Made by a program: the position numbers and the translations under genes
The notes under the pieces: model-generated
The model's database searches: none
Seen by the model: only the letters and a program-made list of their open reading frames with translations
What the model was told of the DNA's origin: nothing
Virus record (IMG/VR): IMGVR_UViG_2778261139_000008
Strand: one strand, 5' to 3'
DNA length: 37,938 nucleotides
Source of the DNA: a virus
Lineage: Duplodnaviria > Heunggongvirae > Uroviricota > Caudoviricetes
In this document: positions 1 through 7,628 of the stretch, piece by piece
Numbering within the stretch: the first letter of the stretch is position 1
Layout: every line of letters starts with the position of its first letter

Positions 1-229
1 TCATAGGTCGCTCACATCCTTAAGCGTTACCGGGCATTCAGGCTGGACAGTTAATGGCTGCCAGGGAAGCGTGGCATAGAAACGATCGCTTCCCGCTGCC
101 AGCTCTTCGAACATCCGACTCCCGGCGCTATCGTATTTGTACAGGGTTAGCGCCTCGCGTAGCGAAGTGTTGTCTTCGCACTGAGAAGATTGCCAGTAGA
201 GACGTCCTAACGAATAGGCGGAAAAATAG
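1..229 (-). CDS. Fragment of a flanking (host) ORF of unknown function, running off the window start; possibly truncated by the prophage insertion
   Basis: Minus-strand frame open from the phage end region down to position 1 with no stop; no recognisable family. The boundary at ~229 is a guess. Confidence 0.25.
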
Positions 230-249
230 TGCATATAGCGCGGCGATTT

Positions 250-330
250 TTTTGATACCGATTTGCATTTCATTTGATACCGCTGAAAAACGCCGATACG
301 CAACTTATTTGATACTAAATCGGCGCTTTT
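250..330. repeat. Cluster of direct TTGATAC(C/T)/GATACG repeats; candidate transposase end-binding sites of the phage right end
   Basis: GATAC at 255-259, 277-281, 295-299 and 311-315 (spacing 22/18/16 bp), about 40-110 bp beyond the mom stop, where Mu carries its R-end MuA sites. Does not match the Mu consensus exactly. Confidence 0.35.
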
Positions 331-361
331 CTTTTGAGTTTTAGAATGAGTTTTTAAGCGC

Positions 362-1099
362 TCATTCACTCTCTTTCAAACCAGTTTTAACTGTTTGTGG
401 TTTTGGGTAAGGCTGGACTTTGAATAGCTTTGTGTTGAGGCGTTTTCTGGCCCTCTTGTTCAGAAACCGGATGTAACGAAACTGTCGGAACTTATGCACA
501 CTGGCTCTGTCGATATTAGCCCTCAGATGTTCACCTCGTTGTCCGCCTCGTTTAATGGCACTCCTGCAAATCTCGTGATACCACTCGCCATCAAGTTCAT
601 AGAATGTTGATTCATGGCTGCCTACATAATCAAAATTGCTTGCCTGATACACGACACCAAGACAGCCACAACGCTCATCTGCAAACGACTGAACCCACTG
701 TACCTGCGGATAAAGCTGCCTGATTAGCTTGAGCGCGTAACTGATTGCCCTTGATTCGGAGTTTCTCGGCATACAGTCATGCATCCATAGCCGGTTAAGC
801 TCCATATATTCTCGGTTCTGCGTACCCGTTACGACGCGTGCACCACTGTTTGGGTTAAGGGCGTAACCCCATTGCATTACGCCAACAAGTTCCCGTTCTG
901 AAAATATACCCAGATGAAGGTAGGAATTATTTACGAAACGGTGGCTGTAATGTTTATTGACGATAACCAGTCTGGCCAGCCAGCAACTTATTGTCTCAAC
1001 CCGCAACTCACGGGAGCCATAACCAACGATATTGTCGTTATAGCGAATAAGTTCAGGCGTGCTGATGATACGGGATGTGACTTGCTTTCTGTTCCCCAC
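362..1099 (-). CDS. mom: Mom-like DNA modification protein
   Basis: 245-aa ORF immediately downstream of, and overlapping, a Com-like zinc-finger gene at the phage right end, as in Mu com-mom. The annotated start is GTG, so the true start is uncertain. Confidence 0.7.
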   Translation of the reverse strand: MGNRKQVTSRIISTPELIRYNDNIVGYGSRELRVETISCWLARLVIVNKHYSHRFVNNSYLHLGIFSERELVGVMQWGYALNPNSGARVVTGTQNREYMELNRLWMHDCMPRNSESRAISYALKLIRQLYPQVQWVQSFADERCGCLGVVYQASNFDYVGSHESTFYELDGEWYHEICRSAIKRGGQRGEHLRANIDRASVHKFRQFRYIRFLNKRARKRLNTKLFKVQPYPKPQTVKTGLKESE

Positions 1100-1253
1100 G
1101 ACAGGATTTCCTTGTGTATGTGGGGTGCTCTGTGGCGCTCGGAGATGTGATTTGATTGAGGGTTTTACAGCGCGGACATTTTACTTCCAGATAACTGAAA
1201 CTGGCCCGTGCCAGTAGCTTATTGCAGTGTCGGCACCGTATGTTTCGATACAT
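1053..1253 (-). CDS. com: Com-like zinc-finger translational activator of mom
   Basis: [10 protein letters not shown]...VKCPRCK C4 zinc-finger closely resembles Mu Com. ATG at 1253 with AGGAGG upstream; the ORF track extends to a TTG at 1298. The 3' end overlaps mom by 47 nt. Confidence 0.8.
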   Translation of the reverse strand: MYRNIRCRHCNKLLARASFSYLEVKCPRCKTLNQITSPSATEHPTYTRKSCRGEQKASHIPYHQHA

Positions 1254-1298
1254 GGCCGCATAACCTCCTGCTTTGTTGTTGATGCCTTTCTCATGCAA

Positions 1299-1440
1299 TC
1301 GATCGACAAAAACGATCGATTCGATTTGTTTAATTGATACAACAAATAGATTTAAAAGTCATCAACAATGATTCAGGGCGGTGATTATTTACTTAAAGAA
1401 ACGAAGAGTTAGGTGGTGAAAACGATCATAAAATGATCAT
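1299..1440 (-). promoter_or_regulatory. Candidate com-mom promoter/regulatory region with GATC clusters
   Basis: AT-rich region upstream of com with GATC at 1301-1304 and 1314-1317 (embedded in a CGATCGA...CGATCGA repeat) and a second pair at 1424-1427 and 1435-1438. In Mu, mom transcription is Dam/OxyR-controlled through clustered GATC sites. Confidence 0.4.
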
Positions 1441-1525
1441 TTTATTGACTTTTTATACAGTGAAGGTAGGATCGCGCGTATATGTAGTATGTTTCAAATC
1501 AACAGGATACTACATAAAAGGGAAA

Positions 1526-1551
1526 CCCAGCATAGCTGGAACTATGCTGGG
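1526..1551 (-). terminator. Hairpin (10-bp perfect stem CCCAGCATAG/CTATGCTGGG, 6-nt loop) followed by a T-rich tract on the minus strand
   Basis: Perfect inverted repeat seen directly. T-rich run (TTTCCCTTTTAT) on the minus-strand 3' side. No obvious upstream gene on that strand, so the function is unclear. Confidence 0.3.
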
Positions 1552-1659
1552 TCAATCTGTAAAAACTTGCATCAATGCTTTACTTCGAGCTCGTGGCGTA
1601 TCCTATGATATTCCCCGGTCTCCTGTAAAGCAGAGATGCATAAAAAGGAGATCTTTATC

Positions 1660-1830
1660 ATGGATAAAGAGCCTGTTTGCCCTGCCTGTAAGACTCCCTT
1701 ACAGCTCATCTATCGCCGTTCTCGATCTCAAAATGGCAAGACATACAAACCAAAAAATGCTTCCTGTTTCAGGATGCTGATATGTCCTGCCTGTTCTCCC
1801 CGGAGGGAAAATACACAAAACGTGCATTAA
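1660..1830 (+). CDS. Small zinc-ribbon protein (CPAC...CPAC), unknown function
   Basis: ATG at 1660 preceded by AAAGGAG at good spacing; 56 aa with two CPAC pairs; plus strand, convergent with the cargo operon. Confidence 0.4.
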   Translation: MDKEPVCPACKTPLQLIYRRSRSQNGKTYKPKNASCFRMLICPACSPRRENTQNVH

Positions 1831-1839
1831 CAAATTCAC

Positions 1840-1859
1840 CCGGCAGGGAAACCTGCCGG
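1840..1859. terminator. GC-rich hairpin (CCGGCAGG-GAAA-CCTGCCGG) between convergent genes; probable bidirectional terminator
   Basis: Perfect 8-bp stem with GAAA tetraloop located between the stop of the plus-strand Zn-ribbon ORF (1830) and the stop of the minus-strand 81-aa ORF (1869). Flanking T-rich bases are modest. Confidence 0.5.
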
Positions 1860-1868
1860 TCGGTATTG

Positions 1869-2114
1869 TTACATCATAGTACCGTCAGTTCCGGGTTGAA
1901 CCGGCTCTGGTTGCTCTACGGGTTGAGGCTCATTTTCCGTGCTGTTTTCAGCCGGAGAACGACCAACCATTCGGGCCAGCACTTCATCAACATATGCGTC
2001 GATTTGTGCCTCAAAATCCTTGCGAACCTGCGCCTTCAGCACGCGGTTCACTTCTTCAGAATAAAGTGCCTGTTTGACAAGCTCTTCAGTAACCGTGCCT
2101 TTAATCTCTGGCAT
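1869..2114 (-). CDS. Hypothetical protein, 81 aa, acidic Pro/Glu-rich C-terminus
   Basis: ATG-started ORF directly downstream of the small membrane ORF in the cargo operon; no family recognised. Confidence 0.5.
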   Translation of the reverse strand: MPEIKGTVTEELVKQALYSEEVNRVLKAQVRKDFEAQIDAYVDEVLARMVGRSPAENSTENEPQPVEQPEPVQPGTDGTMM

Positions 2115-2149
2115 GAATATTCTCCTTTCCTTTTCTGGTTCACAAAAAA

Positions 2150-2329
2150 TTAAATCTGACCGGAGTCTTTCGGCTGCGGCATTACAGCACCGCTTTTTAT
2201 CTTTTCCTCGGCAGCTGCATCAATTTTATTTCGAAAATAATTGCGAATAATTTTATAACCACCGCTGACAAGCAACAGACAACAAACCACCGTGCAGAAA
2301 TACAGCAGGCAGACGTTTATATATGTCAT
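2150..2329 (-). CDS. Small membrane protein (59 aa; one N-terminal TM helix, charged C-terminal tail)
   Basis: Hand-translated: MTYINVCLLYFCTVVCCLLLVSGGYKIIRNYFRNKIDAAAEEKIKSGAVMPQPKDSGQI. ATG at 2329 with GAGG-type RBS. Below the 60-aa cutoff of the ORF track. Confidence 0.45.
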   Translation of the reverse strand: MTYINVCLLYFCTVVCCLLLVSGGYKIIRNYFRNKIDAAAEEKIKSGAVMPQPKDSGQI

Positions 2330-2386
2330 ATAAGCCTCACTCTTATTAACTGATGTTACAGCCGGATAAATTCCCGGCCGTCACGA

Positions 2387-4435
2387 TTATGCCGCAGGGG
2401 TATTAACCTCAAGGACAACGCTCTCAAAAGACACGCCATAAGTTGCCCCTTTGGTGACATCTGTCAGTGTCAGCGTATCTTTGGCAGGGGAAAGTGCATC
2501 TTTCACCATCTGGAATGCCTGGCCCGGAGTGCCATCCAGCACAGGCGTTACCTGGGCACTTCCCGCCGTAAACTTCAGGACAAGTGTATGCCACTGGTTA
2601 TTGTAGGCTCCAAATGATCCCAGTTTCGTATTCCCCCCTGTTTTATGGTGCATCAGATTTAACTGGCCGCCTGTTGTCTGGAGATAATACGCCATCAGGA
2701 ACGGTGTGCCTGTACCACTCATGGTTACACCTTCCGGGACCGTATCGGTGTGGAGGTAAATACCCAGAGCAAACTGGCCTTCTTTTACTTCACCTGACAG
2801 ACGGAATTTACAGGTCAACTGACCACCATGCTTCAGAAGTTCACCGGCTGCATCAGTTCCATGGGTAAGCGTCCAGGTTTTTCCGCTTTGTTTGGATACG
2901 GTCAACGCTTTACCTTCGTCCGTCAGCTGGATTGTACCATCTGTAATTTTCCAGCCCTGAGCCGGGGCTTCTCCTGCTGATGCTTTAAGTGAAAGCAGCG
3001 TACGGAGTGACGGGGATGTCGGATGGGGGGACTCACTGCCTCCTGGCTGACTACCTGTCGGCGCTTCCGGTTTCCCACCCGGCGCGGGCTGAGGCAGGGC
3101 TTCACCATCAGGGGCCACACCGGCAATAAATGCAGAGGTCAGACCTGCATATTTAAGAATTGCTGATGCAAAACGATCTGAGACCAGAAAACGGCGCGCC
3201 CAGGAGCTAAAATGGGTTGCCCTGGATGCTGTTGTCCAGTTGCCATCTCCCCGTGATTCCGCACCATAATACCCGGCAGAAGCGATATCCGGGTCGTGCT
3301 CCGGCAGGTTGGTCGCGGTTTTATTACCGAACTCATCGTGCATCAGTGGAACAAAGTGAATGTTCTCGGAAGCCCGGTTTTTATATCCGCTATAAATGGT
3401 TTCATATGCCGCCGGGTTCTTCTCTTTCCAGTCATAGGTTGTGTCACCACATAACCACGGCACACTGTCTGATGAACCACCAATACACTGACCGGAGAAA
3501 GCACCAAGATCCGCACGGAATTTTTTCACCATCGCAGTAAACTGGGCACCATGCTGGGCCGGGGTCGCTTTAAGGTCTCCTTCCCCCTGAATCCATACGA
3601 CAGATAACAGCACATTCTTTGGATTCGCCTCAAGTGCCGCTTTAGTTCGACTGACAAGATCCTGATACAGTGGGGTATCCACTCCCCAGCGTAGTGACGC
3701 CTCGGCTGCACCACTTGCCGGATCGAATGAGCCAACTGCGCCGGTTGTAAAAGCAGAGCCGCCACGGGCACAGGGAACCAGTAAAATCCCGGCATCAGCA
3801 GGAATCACCGGTAATACTTTTTTCGCAATATGAAGTCCCTGCCCCACACAACCATACTGCCCTTTTTTCAGGTCTGCTTTTGGATGGTTCAGCAGACTCA
3901 TATTCTGAACATCATGAAGGCAGTGATCTGCTGGAATGATTTCATTGTATTTGCAGGGAATACCTCCGGGGGTTTGTGTATTCCTGCGTGCCAGCTGCAT
4001 AATACGTGGATCAGGACGATCATAAGAATCCGGAAGGGGCAACCCTTCACCATAAGATGAAGCATTGGACTGGCCGGCTATAACAATCACGTAATACCAG
4101 GAAGGGGAGCTGGAAGCAGTTTCATTTCCTGACGGACGGGTATGTGTTTCAGCATTATCCCAGTCTGACGGTTCAGCAGTACCGGCAACATCAGCACTTA
4201 ACGGAATGACCGCACCAATACCCGCTCCGGTAATTTCCACACTCGGATCACCGGATACTGGCCTTACCCACAGGCAATCCCGTGTATTAAAACTGATGAG
4301 ACAGTCAGCAAATGTCATTCCTCCTTTTGTTTCGGCCGGAGGAAAGGGAGCCTCAAGAAATGCCGCTGTACCACCGGAAACTTTAACAGTAAAGTTTCCG
4401 GGCATTGATGATAGTTGAACCCATTTGGACGTCAT
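2387..4435 (-). CDS. SGNH/SASA-family carbohydrate O-acetylesterase-like protein with Pro/Gly-rich linker and C-terminal beta-rich (lectin-like) domain; NanS-p-like or tailspike-type deacetylase
   Basis: 682 aa, ATG start. Motifs VIVIAGQSNASSYGEG and VVWIQGEGD match the nucleophile and acid motifs of sialate O-acetylesterase-type SGNH hydrolases. Low-complexity P/G/S linker near residue 440. Not part of the canonical Mu gene set. Confidence 0.6.
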   Translation of the reverse strand: MTSKWVQLSSMPGNFTVKVSGGTAAFLEAPFPPAETKGGMTFADCLISFNTRDCLWVRPVSGDPSVEITGAGIGAVIPLSADVAGTAEPSDWDNAETHTRPSGNETASSSPSWYYVIVIAGQSNASSYGEGLPLPDSYDRPDPRIMQLARRNTQTPGGIPCKYNEIIPADHCLHDVQNMSLLNHPKADLKKGQYGCVGQGLHIAKKVLPVIPADAGILLVPCARGGSAFTTGAVGSFDPASGAAEASLRWGVDTPLYQDLVSRTKAALEANPKNVLLSVVWIQGEGDLKATPAQHGAQFTAMVKKFRADLGAFSGQCIGGSSDSVPWLCGDTTYDWKEKNPAAYETIYSGYKNRASENIHFVPLMHDEFGNKTATNLPEHDPDIASAGYYGAESRGDGNWTTASRATHFSSWARRFLVSDRFASAILKYAGLTSAFIAGVAPDGEALPQPAPGGKPEAPTGSQPGGSESPHPTSPSLRTLLSLKASAGEAPAQGWKITDGTIQLTDEGKALTVSKQSGKTWTLTHGTDAAGELLKHGGQLTCKFRLSGEVKEGQFALGIYLHTDTVPEGVTMSGTGTPFLMAYYLQTTGGQLNLMHHKTGGNTKLGSFGAYNNQWHTLVLKFTAGSAQVTPVLDGTPGQAFQMVKDALSPAKDTLTLTDVTKGATYGVSFESVVLEVNTPAA

Positions 4436-4534
4436 AATAATCAGCCTGTTCCTGAATAAACTGAATTATCATATCCACAGACCGATAAACGCCATTTTGC
4501 GTTAATTCAGTAAAGGCCCAACAAAGAGAGCGTC

Positions 4535-5095
4535 TTATTTTTCCGAAACGCTCGCAGGATAATAACGATAAAGGGTTGAAAGACCGATATCAAAAATAAG
4601 TGCCACCTGTCTTCGACTGACACCCCCGGCCAGTAAACGCCCGACCTGCTCGTATTGTTCCTGCGTGAGACGGCGGGGTCTGCCGCCGGTTCGTCCCCTT
4701 TCACGGGCAGCTGCAAGACCAGCCCGTGTCCGTTCGACAATTAATTCACGCTCCATTTCTGCCAGCGCACCCATTATGTGAAAAAAGAAACGCCCCATGG
4801 GGGTTGACGTATCAATGTTGTCAGTAAGACTACGAAAATTTATCCCCTGTTGCTGTAATTCATCTGTCAGCGCAACAAGGTGGCGCATACTGCGCCCCAG
4901 CCTGTCCAGTTTCCAGACCATCAGTGTGTCACCGGGTTTTAGTTTCTTCAGTGCCCGCTTCAGTCCCGGCCGCTGTGTCGTTTTACCACTCATTTTGTCT
5001 TCAAAAATCTGCTCACATCCTGCACATTCCAGCGCATTTCTTTGTAAACCGGTGTTCTGGTCATTTGTTGATACGCGTATATAGCCAATCAGCAT
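4535..5095 (-). CDS. gin: Gin-type serine DNA invertase
   Basis: N-terminus MLIGYIRVSTNDQNTGLQRNALECAGCEQIFEDK... is near-identical in pattern to Mu Gin/Hin/Cin resolvase-invertases (catalytic Ser in RVST). C-terminal HTH. Adjacent to a gix site. Confidence 0.95.
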   Translation of the reverse strand: MLIGYIRVSTNDQNTGLQRNALECAGCEQIFEDKMSGKTTQRPGLKRALKKLKPGDTLMVWKLDRLGRSMRHLVALTDELQQQGINFRSLTDNIDTSTPMGRFFFHIMGALAEMERELIVERTRAGLAAARERGRTGGRPRRLTQEQYEQVGRLLAGGVSRRQVALIFDIGLSTLYRYYPASVSEK

Positions 5096-5150
5096 GTATT
5101 TACCTTCCTTAAAAAGAGGTGAAAATGCCTTTTAAAACAGATATACGGTA

Positions 5151-5176
5151 TCCCTGAAAACCTCGGTTTACGGGAA
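5151..5176. other. gix recombination site (gin-proximal)
   Basis: TCCCTGAAAACC-TC-GGTTTACGGGAA: 26-bp imperfect palindrome matching the hix/gix half-site pattern TTCYTGNAAACC, 55 bp upstream of the gin start. Confidence 0.75.
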
Positions 5177-5545
5177 ACGGTAAATAAGGCTGCTGATGCC
5201 CTGCCATCGGGTGGAACCGCCGTGGCAGCAAACAGACTCGCCACCCCAAGAAATATTAATGGCGTTCCTTTTGACGGAACGCAGGATATCAACATCACGT
5301 CAGGAATGACGCAGTCAACCGCAGATGGCCGGTATGTACAGAATGTTCAGCTTGGAGCACAGAGCTATCATTCACCCGGAGGCAATGAAATATCATGGAA
5401 TTACAGCGCACCTTCCGGTTGTATGCTTTCCGGTATTAACGTGCAGGAAACCGGCTCCCGGTCTGCGGACAATATCGGTGGGGTCTATTATCGCCCGGTT
5501 CAGATTTATATTAATAATGCCTGGAGAACGGTAAGTTCAGTGTAA
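5165..5545 (+). other. Silent alternative tail-fibre C-terminal cassette (Sv'), promoterless in the current orientation
   Basis: Plus-strand frame reads ...GLRETVNKAADALPSGGTAVAANRLATPRNINGVPFDGTQDINITSGMTQS... from the gix site, paralleling S residues ~177-230 and then diverging to a different C-terminus ending at 5545. Confidence 0.7.
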
Positions 5546-5555
5546 ACCACAGAAA

Positions 5556-5574
5556 AGGGTGCTGAATGCACCCT
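5556..5574. terminator. Short hairpin between convergent Sv' cassette and U gene; possible terminator
   Basis: 7-bp stem (AGGGTGC/GCACCCT) with 5-nt loop lying between the Sv' stop (5545) and the U stop (5580). Confidence 0.35.
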
Positions 5575-5579
5575 CTGAA

Positions 5580-6101
5580 TTATTCCGGTTTTTCCGGCCA
5601 GGGAATCGCCTGGTAATGCCCCTCACTGGCAATATCATTAAAGTGCATTTCTTTAAGCTGTCGGATATACGCCATCCAGCGCGTCAGCTGTAATTTATTT
5701 TCATCGCTAATCATGTCCAGTTTTAATTCTGTTTTCCAGTCATCCACGGTTTCGTTGGCTTCCTGGAGCAGCGATGAGCGACGCTTTTCAGCAACCGTCT
5801 TCCAGTTTACCGGCACCTTTGATATCAGGCCATCAGAAAACTGCCAGTTACCGTCAATATTCACACCTTCCGGCAGTTCGTCCACTTCAACAACAGTAAA
5901 ACCTGCCGGATATAAAGCAGAGACATCTTCAGCAACAGAGCAGATAATACCCGTTACAGGCGAAATACAGAGTTTGTATTTCTTTGTGAAAAGCGGGATA
6001 GATTCATAAAAATCCCTTCCGTCCTCACTCTGGAAATACTGAACATCCTCACCATAGGGTTTGTGTTCCGGGTAATATCGTTTTACGTTAATAAGCTCCA
6101 T
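5580..6101 (-). CDS. Tail fibre assembly protein (Mu U-like / Tfa family)
   Basis: ~173-aa protein directly downstream of the tail-fibre gene. ATG at 6101 with AAGGTG RBS; the ORF track start at 6212 overlaps S and is less likely. AT-rich like other tfa genes. Confidence 0.75.
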   Translation of the reverse strand: MELINVKRYYPEHKPYGEDVQYFQSEDGRDFYESIPLFTKKYKLCISPVTGIICSVAEDVSALYPAGFTVVEVDELPEGVNIDGNWQFSDGLISKVPVNWKTVAEKRRSSLLQEANETVDDWKTELKLDMISDENKLQLTRWMAYIRQLKEMHFNDIASEGHYQAIPWPEKPE

Positions 6102-6180
6102 TATTTCACCTTGTTTTTGTTGAAAAGACAAAATCATCATATATTTATTCAGATAATCTGTTTTTTGAACTACTGCACTT

Positions 6181-7068
6181 TTATGCGCTGGAAGCTGTTT
6201 TCCACGAACCATCTATCAGAAACTGAACAGGTCGATAATATGCGGTTACCGTTGCATTACCATCACCAGCGACATCAAGCCCTGTAAGTACGCATCCGTC
6301 AGGAACTTCAAAAATATTATATTGCATTCCAATCGTTGACCTTGAACCTCTTCGAATGCTTTGAACATAACGTGAGTCAGCCACAGACTGCGTCATCCCC
6401 GATGTAATATTTATATCCTGCGTTCCGTCAAATGGGACACCATTAATATTTCTTGGAGTGGCGAGTTTATTCGCTGCAACAGCCGTTCCGTTCGATGGCA
6501 GGGCATTCGCCGCCTTATTTACCGTTTCCCGTAAACCGACGTTATCGATAAAAGCGCCTTTATCCGGAATGTCTGCGCCGTTCTGCTCCCTGCGCAGGTA
6601 ACGGTTATCACCTTCGCTTTTGCTGTAAACATCCAGATTATTACGGGCGGTTCCCGCATTCTCCAGGTCGGCAAGGTTCTGATCCTTCGCCAGAGCATTA
6701 ACGTCACCGGGACCAAGACTGTTTTTTGTGGCAAGCGCCCCAAGACCAAGATAACCACGGGCAAGACGCTGGGCTTCCGCACCGGCATCAGCAATTTCTT
6801 TCAGGTTGTTTTTCCGGGAAAAGGCATTCGCAGCGATAATGGCTTTAATGGACAGCGTAAGCTGGTTTAACTGCGCCTTATCCGGCTGAATACTGGCTTC
6901 AGCCAGAATATTCAGCAGTTCGGCCTGGAGAATATTCAGCCAGTCCTGACCAATCCAGCTGATACCTTTTTGTCCGTCACCTTCGGTAAACCAGGTGGTG
7001 GTATTACTCTGCGCCGGTGCCAGCGCAGGCATATTCGCCACGCCGGAATTATTATCAACATGAAACAT
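6181..7068 (-). CDS. Tail fibre protein (Mu S-like); constant N-terminal part plus invertible variable C-terminal tip
   Basis: 295-aa ORF after the baseplate genes; a gix site lies within codons ~177-187; the C-terminal ~110 aa is homologous but divergent from the silent Sv' cassette. Confidence 0.8.
   Translation of the reverse strand: MFHVDNNSGVANMPALAPAQSNTTTWFTEGDGQKGISWIGQDWLNILQAELLNILAEASIQPDKAQLNQLTLSIKAIIAANAFSRKNNLKEIADAGAEAQRLARGYLGLGALATKNSLGPGDVNALAKDQNLADLENAGTARNNLDVYSKSEGDNRYLRREQNGADIPDKGAFIDNVGLRETVNKAANALPSNGTAVAANKLATPRNINGVPFDGTQDINITSGMTQSVADSRYVQSIRRGSRSTIGMQYNIFEVPDGCVLTGLDVAGDGNATVTAYYRPVQFLIDGSWKTASSA
6526..6551. other. gix recombination site (inside the S gene, constant/variable junction)
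   Basis: TTCCCGTAAACC-GA-CGTTATCGATAA; its first half-site is identical to the inverted half-site of the 5151-5176 site. Confidence 0.7.
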
Positions 7069-7628
7069 TAAATAGTCTCCTCTTCATGGCTGTTTGCATA
7101 CACGTAAATAAACGTCTGCCATGCAGGCTTATAACGGTTCAGAATACATTCCAGCGCACCGCCTTCATAAATACGCAGCGGCGTGAGAATATCATCCAGC
7201 ACATTCATATTCCGGTAGCCGGTTTCACTGTTAATCGTGACAATACTGACCCACTGTGAATCCGGTGATGGCTGAATATCTATTTCATAACCAAACTCTG
7301 CCGCAAACCGGATATAAAATTCACGGTTAAGAGAGGGTTTCATCCGGTATTTATTCCCGGCATAACGCTGACGCTCCTGAATGGTTGCGCCGGTCATATC
7401 ACATTCCGGTAACCCCAGATAACGCTCCCAGTCTTCCAGCAGCAGACGGGATGAATCAGGAAAACGTTCTGCCAGCATCTGGTTACCGGTCCAGGAAACA
7501 CGCTCCGTGGAATGACTGAGGCCCAGGCACAAAGCCGCAAGAACGGATGACGGCCGCTTATCCCATGCCAGCCCGTCAGGCAGCAACTGCAACAGGGCAC
7601 GCTGATGCGGGGTCAGGGTTACAGCCAT
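7068..7628 (-). CDS. Baseplate/tail protein (Mu gp48-like)
   Basis: 186-aa ORF between the baseplate J-like gene and the tail fibre gene, start/stop coupled to neighbours; assigned by position and size. Confidence 0.7.
   Translation of the reverse strand: MAVTLTPHQRALLQLLPDGLAWDKRPSSVLAALCLGLSHSTERVSWTGNQMLAERFPDSSRLLLEDWERYLGLPECDMTGATIQERQRYAGNKYRMKPSLNREFYIRFAAEFGYEIDIQPSPDSQWVSIVTINSETGYRNMNVLDDILTPLRIYEGGALECILNRYKPAWQTFIYVYANSHEEETI

Larger units (their letters stand above)
5151..6551. other. Gin-invertible tail-fibre (G-like) segment, ~1.4 kb, bounded by inverted gix sites
   Basis: Inverted gix-like sites at 5151-5176 and 6526-6551. The segment contains the variable 3' part of S, the U gene and an oppositely oriented alternative S 3' cassette. 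Confidence 0.75.

Noticed and set aside
1-369. ORF-track 122-aa minus-strand ORF taken as a complete gene
   Set aside because: Its upstream part runs through the phage end repeats and the mom-proximal region, and the 'start' is an artefact of the open frame; only the distal part is plausibly a host ORF fragment.
1433-1780. 115-aa plus-strand ORF upstream of the zinc-ribbon ORF
   Set aside because: AT-rich intergenic region, no RBS, overlaps hairpins and the better-supported 1660-1830 ORF in another frame.
5222-5545. Sv' cassette as an independently expressed gene (ORF-track GTG start)
   Set aside because: The frame continues upstream to the gix site and matches the S constant/variable junction; it is a promoterless alternative cassette, annotated as such rather than a stand-alone CDS.
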